From Folioceros fuciformis (lineage: Eukaryota), in the NCBI GenBank assembly GCA_049999805.1, contig JBNGIO010006139.1:51034-115033 (forward strand): a DNA stretch of 64,000 nucleotides. Reading direction: 5' to 3'. The position numbers and the translations under genes are program-made. This document shows positions 25,747 to 37,546 of this stretch, in pieces. The notes beneath the pieces are model-generated. The model was not told the DNA's origin and did no database searches. It saw only the letters and a list, made by a program, of their open reading frames with translations. How positions within the stretch are numbered: the stretch's first letter is position 1; every line of letters starts with the position of its first letter.

Positions 25747-27019
25747 ACCTACAGTATTTATGTGGAATGTTTCATCTTGACATCGCATCCGGCATTGGAA
25801 GACTTTGTGTAGCTGAGCACGGGAGGACTTGACATTGGTTTCTTTTCGTCTTATAAGCCTCCGGACGCTGTGGGGTATTATGGCGTACCGGAACGCTGGA
25901 GGTGGAAGGAAAAAAATTTAGAGTTAATGATTTGAAGTCTACAACATAGAGAACAATAGTGGGGGAGCGGAGAGTCCTGTGGATGGAGGAGGGAGGAGGG
26001 AGGCGGCAGGGGGATGGAGAAATTCCAGGATTATTCGGTTGATTCTCGCAGGCAGATCCAAGTCCTCTCACAAGAAGTTCACAGCACTGAAACAACTTCT
26101 CACACGGAACCATAGACAGTGAGCAACAAATATCTTGAAAATTTAGTGTACACTACAAGCAAAATACAAGCAAAGTGACCAGGAAAGAAAGCACAAGCTG
26201 AAGGTAAACTCGACGACGGCTGCTGACAGGTCGGTGGTTAAGGGAACGCAGGAAGAATGCCTTCTTGACATTCAGACGTCACAGCTGCAGTCGGGCAAGT
26301 AAAGAAGGTTCCCCGCGCAACCGTGCAATCGGCTCAGCTGTTGCCTTCAGTATGACTACGAAGACAAGCTCCGAGAACAGCTCTCTGGGGGACAATACAC
26401 ACCAGTTTTTCGACTCGAAGCCTACACAGTAGCATCTTCAGGAGCTTTGGTGGCATGGAAGCATGGTCTGGACGATCCCCTGGCAAAGCCGGCATGGCCT
26501 CAATGAGATTGTTCCTGTTGCTCGCCATCTCTCTCTTCATGTTTCGCAATACCCTAAAATGACCTCTCCGGTGGGTAAGTGAAAATTTGCTCCTGCTGGA
26601 TGAACGCTTGCTTATTGCTATGCTTCATGAGCAATATTGCCAGCCCCTTCATTGCCTTGGTACGATGTCGGGGCCTGCTAAGAAAGAGCTCCTGCAACCA
26701 CCCAGTCTAGCTTGGTGCAGGGGCCGTGATGATCAACTGCAGCTGAAGAATGTCATGAGTTCCTTCATATTTGCGAGGGTATGGAAAGATTTTAGTGAGC
26801 TGATATTCTTGGCTCCATTTTGCAGACCGAAATCTGCGTCGCAAGCTTCTAAGATCTTCAGGGGGCCTTCCAACATTAGGACGCCACTAGTTGCATCAAA
26901 AATATTGGCCGGTGCCATCAACATGCACAATGGAAGATCTCGTGAGTGAAGACTGCAGGGAAGCCGCTTCCTGCTTCGCAACATGGCCAAGGTGACAGGA
27001 AACAGAGTGCGCTTGGCTG

Positions 27020-30000
27020 TCAGTGGGCATCTCTACATGTACATGTCCCATCTGTGAAGTGATGCACGCGGTGGGCGTCTCTCACTATGATATCTCGGCC
27101 TTCAAGCCTGGACAAGATCTTTGTGCTGCTGTGGCAGTCGTCGCACATACGAAGGTTTTTGGTGACCAGCAAAGTGGTGCCTTTTGGAGTGTTGAGGAGA
27201 CCGAAAGCCAATGCCAGCTTCTCAGCGTGTCCACACAGAGAGTCGGCTTCCTGCTTGTCAGCAACGTGTGAAGCTTTGAACTCCATTTCTGTTCGTGCCT
27301 GCTGGCCTTCCACCTCCATGTGTTGACTGAGACTAAGTACCTTCAGATGGGCATCACATCTCTGATCACCAATGGTGAACTTATGTATTGTCTGATTCAC
27401 CTCAATCATGGCCGTTGCCGGCTTCTTCTGGGCTCCATGGTGTGTTCTCATCTTCTCTATAATCCTTGCGTCCTCCCATCTGCCAGCATTTGAGTAGATA
27501 TGGGACATGAGAACGTAAGCAGCAGATAGCTGTGGCTGCATCTCGATGAGCCGGTTGAAGCACAGCCTTCCTCTCTCCACAGCACTGTGACTTTTACAAG
27601 CACTCAGTAAAGACATCCAACCAACCGTGTCGTTTCTGAAAGGCATGGTTCGGAGAACACTCTCCGCATCATCCAATCGTCCAGAACGCGCAAGAAGATC
27701 AACTACGCAGTTCAAAGTCTCAAGGCTTGGCATAATACCATGATCCTCGATCATCGTCTTGAAGACGTGAAGGCCATCCTTCACCAAGCCTCCGTGACTG
27801 CATGCCACCAGAAGGCACGTGAAGGTGGCAACGTTGGGCTCAATACCATGTTCCTGCATCTCCTCGAAGCATCTGATAGCCGTCTCACAGCGATTATGCT
27901 GGCCATATCCATTAATAAGTGCAGTCCATGTTGCAACATCCCTGATTGGCAACCTCTCAAAAAATGCGAGGGCATCTTCCAGTCTTCCACATTTTGAATA
28001 CATGTCAATCAGACTACTTCTTAAGGACACTTCTCCTCCTAGACCCCTTCCGACGATTTGAGCGTGCAACGACCTGCCTTTTTGCAGAGCTCCCAAGTTC
28101 CCGCAAGCCTTTACCAAACTCAAAAAGGTAATTTTATCGGGGCACACTCCGTCCAGATGCATTTCTCCATAAAGATTGAGAGCATCAACGCCATAGCCAT
28201 GGTTCACACATCCTTCAATCAAGGCATTCCAGGTTACCACATCTTTGATCAGCAACTTGTCAACGATTCTGCATGCATCCTCCAGGCTCCCACACTTTGC
28301 ATACATGTCCAGCAGCGTATTTCCAACAACCAAATCGGCCTCCAGCCCCGCTTCCAGAATCTGTGCATGAATTTCTCTGCCCTTGCGTAAAGCTCCCGTG
28401 AGAGCACATGCTTTTAAAACGGACACAAATGTCAACCTGTCTGCAGTCATGCATCCCAGCTGCATCTTGCTATAAACATTGAGAGCACACTCACCAAACC
28501 CATGCTCAATATGTGCTTCTATCATGGCATTCCAAGTCACAGTGTCCTTGTACGGCAACCTGTCAAAGACTATGCACGCGTCTTCCAAGTTTCCACATTT
28601 GGCATACATGTACACGAGACTGTTCCCTAGAAAACCATCTTCCTCCATCTCCCGTTGCAGAAGCTGGGCATGAATGTGCTTGCCCTTATGGATGGCTCCA
28701 ACGCCTGCACACGTTCTCAACATGCACAAAAATGTAACCCTGTCAGGCATCAAGCCATCCTGTTGCATCTGCTCATAAAGTTTCAGGGTTTCCTGTCTTA
28801 GCCCGTGTCCAGCATATCCTTCCATCATGACATTCCAGGTAGCCACCCCCTTGGTACGCAAATTTTCAAAGACTTTCCGAGCGTCTCTCAGGCTTCCACT
28901 CTTAACATACATGTGCACCAGGGTGCTTCCGAGAACTGCATCTGCTTCTAGACCTCTTTCCCTGATCTGGGCATGGACCTTCTTGCCTACATCCAGGGCT
29001 TTCAAACTAGCACATGCTTTTAGAACGCAGAGAAATGTGACATTGTTCGAGGGAGTTATGCCCTCCAGCTCCATTTCCGCATACAGATCCAAAGCCTCCT
29101 CACCCAAGCCATGCTGAGCATATCCCGCAAGCATGGCATTCCAGGCCACAACGTTCTTCGGGGACAACCTTTCAAACAGAGTACGAGCATCACTGAAGCT
29201 CCCACATTTGGCATACATATCTACCAAGGTATTTGCTATAGCAGCATCTCTTTCCAGCCCCAATCTTATAATGAAGGCATGGATTTCCTTTCCCATCTTT
29301 ATATCTCGAGCTCTTCCACATGCTTTCAAACTACAAAGAAAAGTCACCTTATCTGGCGTCAAGCCATTGTGTTGCATGACCTGATACAGCTGCAGACCTT
29401 CCAGACCTGAGCCATGCTCAGCGAATCCTTTGATCATTGAATTCCAAGTCACCAAGTCCTTGCTTGGCAGCCTGTCAAAAATTGTGCAAGCCTCCCTCAA
29501 GGACCCACACTTCACGTACATATCCACCAACGCGTTCCCGACTGTTGGGTCGATTTCCAAGCCCTTTTGAACAATTCGTGCATGAATTGCTTTGCCTGCG
29601 TGCACGACCCCAATCCCCCCACATGCTTTTAAAACACATAGAAATGTTATCTTGTCTGGAGCCACGCCATGCTGTTCCATGCTCCAGTAGATCCCTAGCG
29701 CCTCTTCACAAAGTCCATGCTGAGCATATCCTGTTATCAAAGCATTCCAGGTAACCACATTTTTGGTGGACATCATATCAAAAACAGCCTGAGCATCCTC
29801 CAAGCTTCCGCATCTACCGTACATATCCACTAGGCTGTTCCACACAAACACACTGGGCTCCAGCCCATATTTCTCAATGTCACCATGGACCAGCTTGCCG
29901 GATGCCAAATCTGCAGCTCTGCCACATGCTTTTAAGACCGCCACAAGTTCGTGGTTGCTGAGTCTGACAGCAGATTCTCGCATTTGCCGATACAATAGAA

Positions 30001-30256
30001 TAGCCACATCAGCCTCCGCAATAGCATCAGGTCCTAATATCCCTGAACCCCGAACCAGCTTGTCTCTGGCAGGCGCCTTGTAAGACTCACAGTCTTTGCC
30101 TTTCACACTCGTCCGAAGATTGTGGCTCTCATGCACGATTGGCACAGCCAAGGCATGCACTCGCCTGCCAAGTTCAGTCCCATGTCTCTTTGCAGGGCTC
30201 TCTTCGAGCGACATGAACGATCCGCTTGTAAGAGCACGGACTGCCCGCTGGCCCAT
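27020..30256 (-). CDS. PLS-class PPR RNA-editing factor with E1/E2 and DYW:KP deaminase-like domain (C-terminus DAH)
   Basis: Long PLS triplet array. KKPATAMIEV replaces the PG-box. Contains CGHAEKLALAFGLL, KNLRMCDDCH and HHFTDGTCTCRDAH*. Confidence 0.95.
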   Translation of the reverse strand: MGQRAVRALTSGSFMSLEESPAKRHGTELGRRVHALAVPIVHESHNLRTSVKGKDCESYKAPARDKLVRGSGILGPDAIAEADVAILLYRQMRESAVRLSNHELVAVLKACGRAADLASGKLVHGDIEKYGLEPSVFVWNSLVDMYGRCGSLEDAQAVFDMMSTKNVVTWNALITGYAQHGLCEEALGIYWSMEQHGVAPDKITFLCVLKACGGIGVVHAGKAIHARIVQKGLEIDPTVGNALVDMYVKCGSLREACTIFDRLPSKDLVTWNSMIKGFAEHGSGLEGLQLYQVMQHNGLTPDKVTFLCSLKACGRARDIKMGKEIHAFIIRLGLERDAAIANTLVDMYAKCGSFSDARTLFERLSPKNVVAWNAMLAGYAQHGLGEEALDLYAEMELEGITPSNNVTFLCVLKACASLKALDVGKKVHAQIRERGLEADAVLGSTLVHMYVKSGSLRDARKVFENLRTKGVATWNVMMEGYAGHGLRQETLKLYEQMQQDGLMPDRVTFLCMLRTCAGVGAIHKGKHIHAQLLQREMEEDGFLGNSLVYMYAKCGNLEDACIVFDRLPYKDTVTWNAMIEAHIEHGFGECALNVYSKMQLGCMTADRLTFVSVLKACALTGALRKGREIHAQILEAGLEADLVVGNTLLDMYAKCGSLEDACRIVDKLLIKDVVTWNALIEGCVNHGYGVDALNLYGEMHLDGVCPDKITFLSLVKACGNLGALQKGRSLHAQIVGRGLGGEVSLRSSLIDMYSKCGRLEDALAFFERLPIRDVATWTALINGYGQHNRCETAIRCFEEMQEHGIEPNVATFTCLLVACSHGGLVKDGLHVFKTMIEDHGIMPSLETLNCVVDLLARSGRLDDAESVLRTMPFRNDTVGWMSLLSACKSHSAVERGRLCFNRLIEMQPQLSAAYVLMSHIYSNAGRWEDARIIEKMRTHHGAQKKPATAMIEVNQTIHKFTIGDQRCDAHLKVLSLSQHMEVEGQQARTEMEFKASHVADKQEADSLCGHAEKLALAFGLLNTPKGTTLLVTKNLRMCDDCHSSTKILSRLEGRDIIVRDAHRVHHFTDGTCTCRDAH

Positions 30257-30494
30257 GACCGTCTCTGGCCCCCAGTCCTCATCCTCTTATCTGGTACCAG
30301 AATTTTCTGCACTGGTCCCAGTACAGAACCATCGCACAGCTTCGGGGAAATAGGAACAGATGAAACAGCAGAAGGCCCTGATATATCCATACTACAAGCT
30401 CAACTCACAATCTATTGCTGTGAAGAGAAGGAGACACATCCCCAGCCCTTCACCCTCCCCGCCCGTCGATCCACATTGAGATTGGACTTGTTAC

Positions 30495-31178
30495 ATGATG
30501 GAAGGACCAGAACGCCTGTACCACGAAAGACAGCGTCTACAAATGTGTCTCCTCCACTCGCTCAACAACCTCCTACAGGTGGGCAAACGGAACTTCAAAC
30601 ACGGTTAGCTGATTCTTCGCGTTCGATGTACTGAGCAATTACAAACAAGCTGGGTTCGACATCTGCAGGGAGAGAGTCCTTTCACCAAAGCCGAGCTGGA
30701 CACCATAGCCGACAATCTGCCCAATTTGGAGCAGACGCAATTCGACCGCTGGAATCCCTTTTCGCCAATTCTGAAACAGCACCGGAACGCCATTACCGGA
30801 AACTACGATGCAGAAGTTCTTTTCGCTGCATTGAAGAGCAGAAGCAAGGATGTGACCTGGTACGATCGGAGGCACGGGTCAGCAGGATTGCAGCTGGCGG
30901 GTGCCGATCATTCTTTGGTTGGAGTGGTTGCGAATATCTTGAAAACCAGGCTAGGTGGGCTGTGGAAGGGAAGGCACTGGGTTGCTCTGTGCAACGTGCA
31001 CGACATTTGGTATAACTTGGACAGTGATTTGCGAGCTCCAGTTCCATTCAAAGATGGGTGGGAAGAGGTACAAGTGTACATGGGGAAGATGCTGGAAGAA
31101 GGAGCGGAGATCTTTTTGGTCAGAAATCTGCAAGCCTCGACAAGCCTACACGAAGTCTCAGACTCAAACCCCGCATGA
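30495..31178 (+). CDS. Josephin-domain deubiquitinase (JOSD-like), 2 exons
   Basis: Exon 1 (30495-30578) is MMEGPERLYHERQRLQMCLLHSLNNLLQ, followed by a GT-AG intron at 30579-30668. Exon 2 (30669-31178) has GNYDAEVL, GRHWVAL and WYNLDSDL. The Cys-His-Asp triad is present. Confidence 0.93.
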
Positions 31179-33523
31179 ACATAAGCCTTGCTTAAAATGG
31201 TGTACACAGTGTGCATCTCTAACTATGATCTCCCTCTGTTCGATCTTGGACAAGACCTTCGTTCCGCTATGGCAATTGTTGCACATACGCAGATTTTTAG
31301 TGATGAGCAAAGTTGTGCCATCTGGAGTGTTCAGGAGGCCAAATGCTAGAGCAAGCTTCTCAGCATGTCCACACAAGGAATCTTTTTCCTCCTGGTCAGA
31401 CACTGGTTTCAGTCCCATCTCTATCTGCGGCCTGTGGCCATCCCGTAGCATTTGCAAGTTCAGACTTCGCAACTTTGACGAGAGATCGTCCCTGTGCTCC
31501 CCAACGATGAACTCATGCACTTTGTTGTCCACTTCGATGAAAGCTGTGGCAGGCTTCTTCTCCGCACCAGCATGTCTTCTCATTTGCTCGATTCTGTCTG
31601 AATCTTCCTGTCTTCCAGCACCTTCATAGATGTTTGCCATGAGAACATAACCAGCAGCCAGTTGCGGATCGAGCGCCACAAGGCGATCGAAACACCGTCT
31701 CCCTCGCTGGACGTCTCCATGAGTTTTGCACGCACTTAGCAAGGACCTGCACCCCACAACGTCAGGAGGAAAGGGCATTGTTTGCAGCACATTTTCAGCC
31801 TCGTCCAAGTGCCCTGACCGTGCAAGAAGGTCCACGATACAGTTACAGTGCTCCAGTGCGGGAGTAATGCAATGGCTGTTTACCATTGCTGTGAAATACT
31901 TTCTGCCTTCATCCACCAGACCCACATGACTGCAGGCCACCAGAAGACACAGGTAAGTGGCACTGTTCGGCTCAACGCCATGCCGTTGCATCTCTTCGAA
32001 ACACTGAATTGCCATGTCACAATCATTTTGCTGACCATAACCGTTAAGTAGTGCTGTCCATGTTGTGACATCTTTAGCAGGCATTTGGTCAAACACAAGG
32101 CGCGCGTCCTCCATGCTGCCACATCTACCGTACATGTCCACAAGTGTGTTCCCTACGAACATGTCTCCCTCCAGACCCCTTGCCTGTACATCAGCATGAA
32201 CTTCCTTGCCCGTGTCCAGGGCTCCTACACAACCACAAGCCTTGAGAGCACATACAAATGTAACAGCATTGGCTGGATGGATGCCTTCCTGCTGCATAGA
32301 CGCATAGAGATCAAGAGCATCCTGACCAAGCCCATGCTGCACATATCCCGCCATCAGCACTGTCCATGTTACGACATCTCTAAGCGGCAGTCTGTCAAAC
32401 ACTGCACGAGCATCATCTAGGCTCCCACATTTAGTGTACATATCCACGAGAGCACTGCCGATAAATACATCTGCTTGCACCCCCATTTCCAGAATGTTAA
32501 CATGAATCTGTTTCCCTCTTTGAACCGCACTTACTCCTAGGCTCCCACAGGCATTCAGAATGCTAACATATGTAACTTTGTCTGGTTTCACACTACCCTC
32601 TTGCATCATAGCATACAGATCGAGAGCCTCCTGACTACGTCCGTCATGAGCATAGCCTGCAACCATCGTATTCCAAGCTACCACATCTCTGGATGGCAAG
32701 CTGTCAAACACAGTTCGCGCATCTAACAAATTCTTGCACTTAGAGTACATGTCCACCAGGGCACTTCCCACAAACACGTTGGATTCGAGTTGAAGATCAG
32801 TGATATCCTTATGTACCAGCTTCCCAGTTGTCAAATCCGCTGCACCTGCACAGGCCTTCAGAACAGCCACAAAGACATAATCATTGGGCTGGACGGTGGA
32901 CTTTCGCATCCGAGTGTACAGTTTGATAGCCTGCTCAGCTTGTCCATGCTCTGCATATGCTGAAATGATGGAAGCCCACATAAAAACGTTCGGAGCAGGC
33001 ACTTTGAGAAACACTTGACTTGCCTCCAGCAGATTCCCCAAGGAGGCATACATACGAATGAGGTGATTGGCCAAAAACGGGTTCAGTGCATACCCACTGT
33101 CCACTGTGAGCGCATGAACCCTCCGACCTAGATCCGGATCTCTCGTCTCAATGCATCCTTTGAGAACCCGATACAACATGTCTCTCGTAATCCAACCCCG
33201 ATGCTCCGCAAGTTCCAACACTTGCACGGCCTCATCCACCCTTCCCTCATCACATAGCCTGCTCCAGGTCTCTGCAGCTCCTTCATTCCTCACCGCCCTG
33301 CACTGTCCAGTGCATGGCACGATGTAATTTCTTTCCCTCCAATTCTTGAATCGAACAAACGTGGAGACAAATGAAGCCTCGGAGGATGAGAAATACCTTT
33401 CATCCCGACGAGGAAAAGGAGCTGATTTGTGCTGCACCAGGTTCGACCAGGATTCAAGCCAAGGAGCCTTCCGCGTTTTGTGCTGCACGAAGTCCGACTC
33501 AGTCCACGACTAGGTGCTCTCAT
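31164..33523 (-). CDS. PLS-class PPR RNA-editing factor with DYW:KP domain (C-terminus CGV*); 5' exon inferred
   Basis: PLS array with KKPATAFIEV, CGHAEKLALAFGLL, KNLRMCNNCH and HHFKQGLCSCGV*. The main ORF has no early ATG. Probable first exon runs from ATG 33523 (MRAPSRGLSRTSCSTKRGRLL...), spliced via an intron at about 33397-33274. Confidence 0.92.
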
Positions 33524-36500
33524 ATTCAACAACTAATCCTCAACCACCAGAGCATCATACCTTGTCGGTATGACAGTCCGCAATGAAATTGTCCCACACT
33601 GCCTGACGTGCCATTGGCTCACCTGAAACCAACCCGAAAGATCAAACCATGAACAAGCAACACAAGTTGTTCAACCCAGACAGATACCCACCCTTTCCAC
33701 TGCCGGACTTGGGTAGCGCTGGCAAACTCTCCAGGCTTGAAATGCGCCTGACCCATTCCTTCACTAGGCCGCGGGGTCTGAATCTGGTCTGCATCATGGC
33801 TTTGCACAATCAACCCCACCCTACTATTGCCTTGTGTTGCACTTCTGGCATAACGTGTCTAGCCCCGAGGACTAGCATGCACCATGATCCATCCAGCCCT
33901 CGTCCAGCAGTGGGAACAAGTCCGATCGAAAATAAATGCCTGACGGTCAGAACTCTTGAATACCTCGTCCTGGCTTCCTGAGGCGTGAACTCCATGAGTA
34001 TCACTCGTATCTGCTTCAGTAGCAAGTGACGATGAAGGCACGTGGTGTCCACCAGCCACGTCTGGCAAGGTACAGAATGATCCAACCCGCAGCGACTTCC
34101 CGCACTCCGCTGCGGACCCTCCCCTTGAGTGCCGACATTCAGAGCTTTGAGGATTCGACAGATCCCGAATGGGATCAGCGAGGAAGCTCTTCACAGGGAC
34201 AACAAATTCACCTTCACATCTTGGAAGAGGACTAGAGGCAGATCCGGTTCTCCGGCACAGCTTGGTTTGCAAACAAGCGTTACTGTCATAAGGGAACACG
34301 CTTGCTCACGGTGCGCCGTTTAGCCAACCAGAGATGTCTTCGAATGGATTGAGCATTGCTCACCCGTGTCTTGGGGTCAGGAAACTCTGTGCAATCTATG
34401 CTGGCATGCAGCAATACAAATTCTCCCGAGTTCATGCCTTCGCAATGCACGTGCCTGCGTTCTAGCTGTGGGTGCAGGACAGAACATCTTTCAGGAAACC
34501 CTACAACAAGGACTGCAACTGTTGAGGATGCGCAAGTTTAGAGCTGAAATGTCTTCGTGGTGGCTGCTCCTACACACATGAAGGTCATATGCTGGTGACA
34601 TGGACTGAATCAATCACAACAACAACACAACTGTGCGAGATTTTGAGGGTATGGTGAGCACCGGAGGAGAGCACAAATGTTCAGTGATAACATGTTTTGT
34701 CAAAATATTGCATGTATCTACATGCAACGTCCAGGACTGCTCTAAGCAAGGTGACGGTCGATGAGCTTGCTTATTAGACTTGGGCACCCTGTGGTAGGTC
34801 CTCCACGCGTGTTAGTGCTGAAAGCCTGGAATGCTGGATGGAAGCATTAAAAAAGTAGCCCTCCCTTTTACACAGGCAGAAACAACTATGTGTGTACAGT
34901 ACGTACAACGTGAGACACATACCAAAGCTGCGCTCTGAAGATCTGGCTAAGCTGGATTCATCCTGCTCAACTGGGACCATCTGACACACCTCTTCGCCGA
35001 AATTCGGGAGCACGGCTCCGGCGGAGTATGGGTCATGGCCAAGACACCCTCAGCATGTGGCTCAAACCTGGCAATAGCTTTCGTCCTCATCAGGCTGCCC
35101 CTGAGGATCCACCGTGGAATCCAATGCGCGTTATCGATACTCTCTGATGGGCAGTGACTGGCACAGTGCCATCCACGCTTTCCACTGCGAAATTCGATTT
35201 TGCTCTCGGTGAGATACTGACTGGCAGCCTTCTATCTGAACAGTATAAGTGCATCGACATCCACTCGCTCTGTCAGTGCTCTGGTGGGCCTGTGCTTATG
35301 CACAAGGAGGTACCCGTCCCCAACAACAGAAGAATCACAATCGTGGCCACCGTAGAAGACTATATGAGTCTGGTCTGTATGCTAAAGGTGATGCACAGGA
35401 GCATTGAACGACGTTCATGCAACCTGCCGGCCATCCAGCGACTGCGGGGTGAGATGACGAGAAGGCAACTACCACACACTGATTGCCAAATTTCGGAGAA
35501 CGTGATATGCATTTTCGCCGCCCGCAAGAGACTCAGCCAGTCCAGAGTGGGTCGCTCGTCTCTTCCATGCCTTTCACGCAAAGCAAACGACCAGATCCCA
35601 TGTCTGGGTCTTGGTGGTGGGCTGGGAGTACATATGTATTTACTAGGCCCGGTGTGTCGGCACTGAGATATGTTTTGATAATTCTGGGAATGGAATCTGA
35701 CACAGGCAAGAAGTCTTTGGAGCACGTGCAGCGAATGGAGACACCCAGAACCTGGCCAATGGAGTATCCAGAGCCCATGACTTTGGTACAGCTGGAGACG
35801 TGATCTTTTGTCGCGGTACCGTGTTTTCCTTGTGTGTGCTCGGTCGAGACTCAATGTCGAAGCTCGCTACAGCTGAAGGGTCTTTTTTCTATGAAGTCTT
35901 CAGGTCTACAGCTGAAGGGCCCACTGTCATCTGCACCACCTAGATACCTAGCGTAGCATAGCATTCTCAATTGTTGCAAAAGCATTCTGTATGGACTCCA
36001 TGAATCCGTCTACCCCTTTCCCTCTCCTCCCACAATACGCGAGGAAAGTACAGAAAGTTCCGCCAAGAGCTCTGACAACTCCCATGATTGGCAAGGCAGA
36101 GAACATGCCCCCTCCAAGGTCCTGGACAAGGGTTAGCCAGGGCCTCCACCATCCTTTCAACGGAAGCTCATCAACCATTGGATGGATGGACAGTTTTCTC
36201 TCGTTCGGCCTCACAAAGCAGATTCTCGACACCCAAAGCCTCATGCATTGGCCCAAACTCTGCTTTGTTCCAGAATCAGGACACCCCGCGTCAAAGGCAT
36301 TGACAGACTTATTTTCGTAGCAACTAGGGAGAGTGGGATGAACCTTGCGAGACTCGCCGACGTCTAACACGATCTCTGGATGCTCCAGGGTCAGTCCGTA
36401 CCTTGTCACCGACGGCGCTTACGCTGTCACAGTCAGGAACATGGACGTGGAGTCTGCAAGGATGTATGCACCTATCGCCTGTTAGCTGTGCATCCCCACA

Positions 36501-37546
36501 GCGACGTGCTTTCCCAAGTCCAGGGGCTTTGGCACATGAGATCATGTGAGCTTCCGACAACAGGCATCCAAGGAAGGCACGCAACCGACGAGAAGCCAGT
36601 GCATTGGTCGGGGAGGAGATCGGTTACGCAAGCCCTAATCAGGAGCTCAGATCAGTGTCATGTGTCATGGAGGCAAGGCCAGCAGCGGACTAAGCGTCAA
36701 ATCCGAAGAGGAACACCCACCGGCTGGCTCTCTCTGAGACGGATTAACCGCCGTTAGTGTGACAGTTTCAGGGTGGCGAAACTCGTGAGCGGCGAAACTT
36801 CCGACAGGCTGTAAGGGGACTCGGTCGGACGGTTCACAAGAGGACATGGCGGGTCTTTCCCGTTGCGTTCCTCTTCCTCCTCCGCCCGCTGCGCGCGGGG
36901 GAGCTGAATGGTCTTGCGGCTCTCAGACTTCACGCCTCAGGGTGAGTCTAGAGAAGGAGCTGAAATCTGCCCCGGAGAGGTGCAGGAATGCAAAACAATG
37001 GCAGCAGGAGGAAGGGCGGTGTGTGAAGCCTCCTGCTGCTGATGGCGACGCTCCATCTGCTGCATCTTGCATCCCTTGGATGCTGCTGCACTGCTGTCAG
37101 GGCTGGGCCGAAGTTGCGTTCCAGCAGGCAATCCTCCTCTTTGCAGCTCTGCCGCTGTCTGCTTGCCAGTTGAAGCGCCAGGTGTGCTGCTGAGGACGGG
37201 CCCGGCTGGTATTGCTTGTGGGAGAGTGGGATTTGGATTTGTGTTTCGATTGGTTGGTTGGTTGGTTGGGTGCTTTTGATCGCCTCTGGTCGCTGCACTC
37301 GACGGTGCGGGTTTGGATCTGGAGGAGGCCGCTGCGTTTCTGTTGGCAAGACCAGAGACTAGGTCGTTTCGGCTTGTATTAGACGCTCCTCGTGGAATCT
37401 CACTTCTCGGAGTCAGGGGTGGGATGGATTCTGAAGTCGTGGGATTCGATGCTGTGGTGACGCGGAACAGTAGGGGAGGATTTTCATAAGTGAATCGGAC
37501 AGTGCAGCGTGATTTGGGTGTAGCTCGTGAGGAGGTGATTCTCGAG

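Noticed and set aside
26334-26990. Short ORFs downstream of DYW:KP #1
   Set aside because: No family motif or consistent splice model; could be UTR or intergenic.
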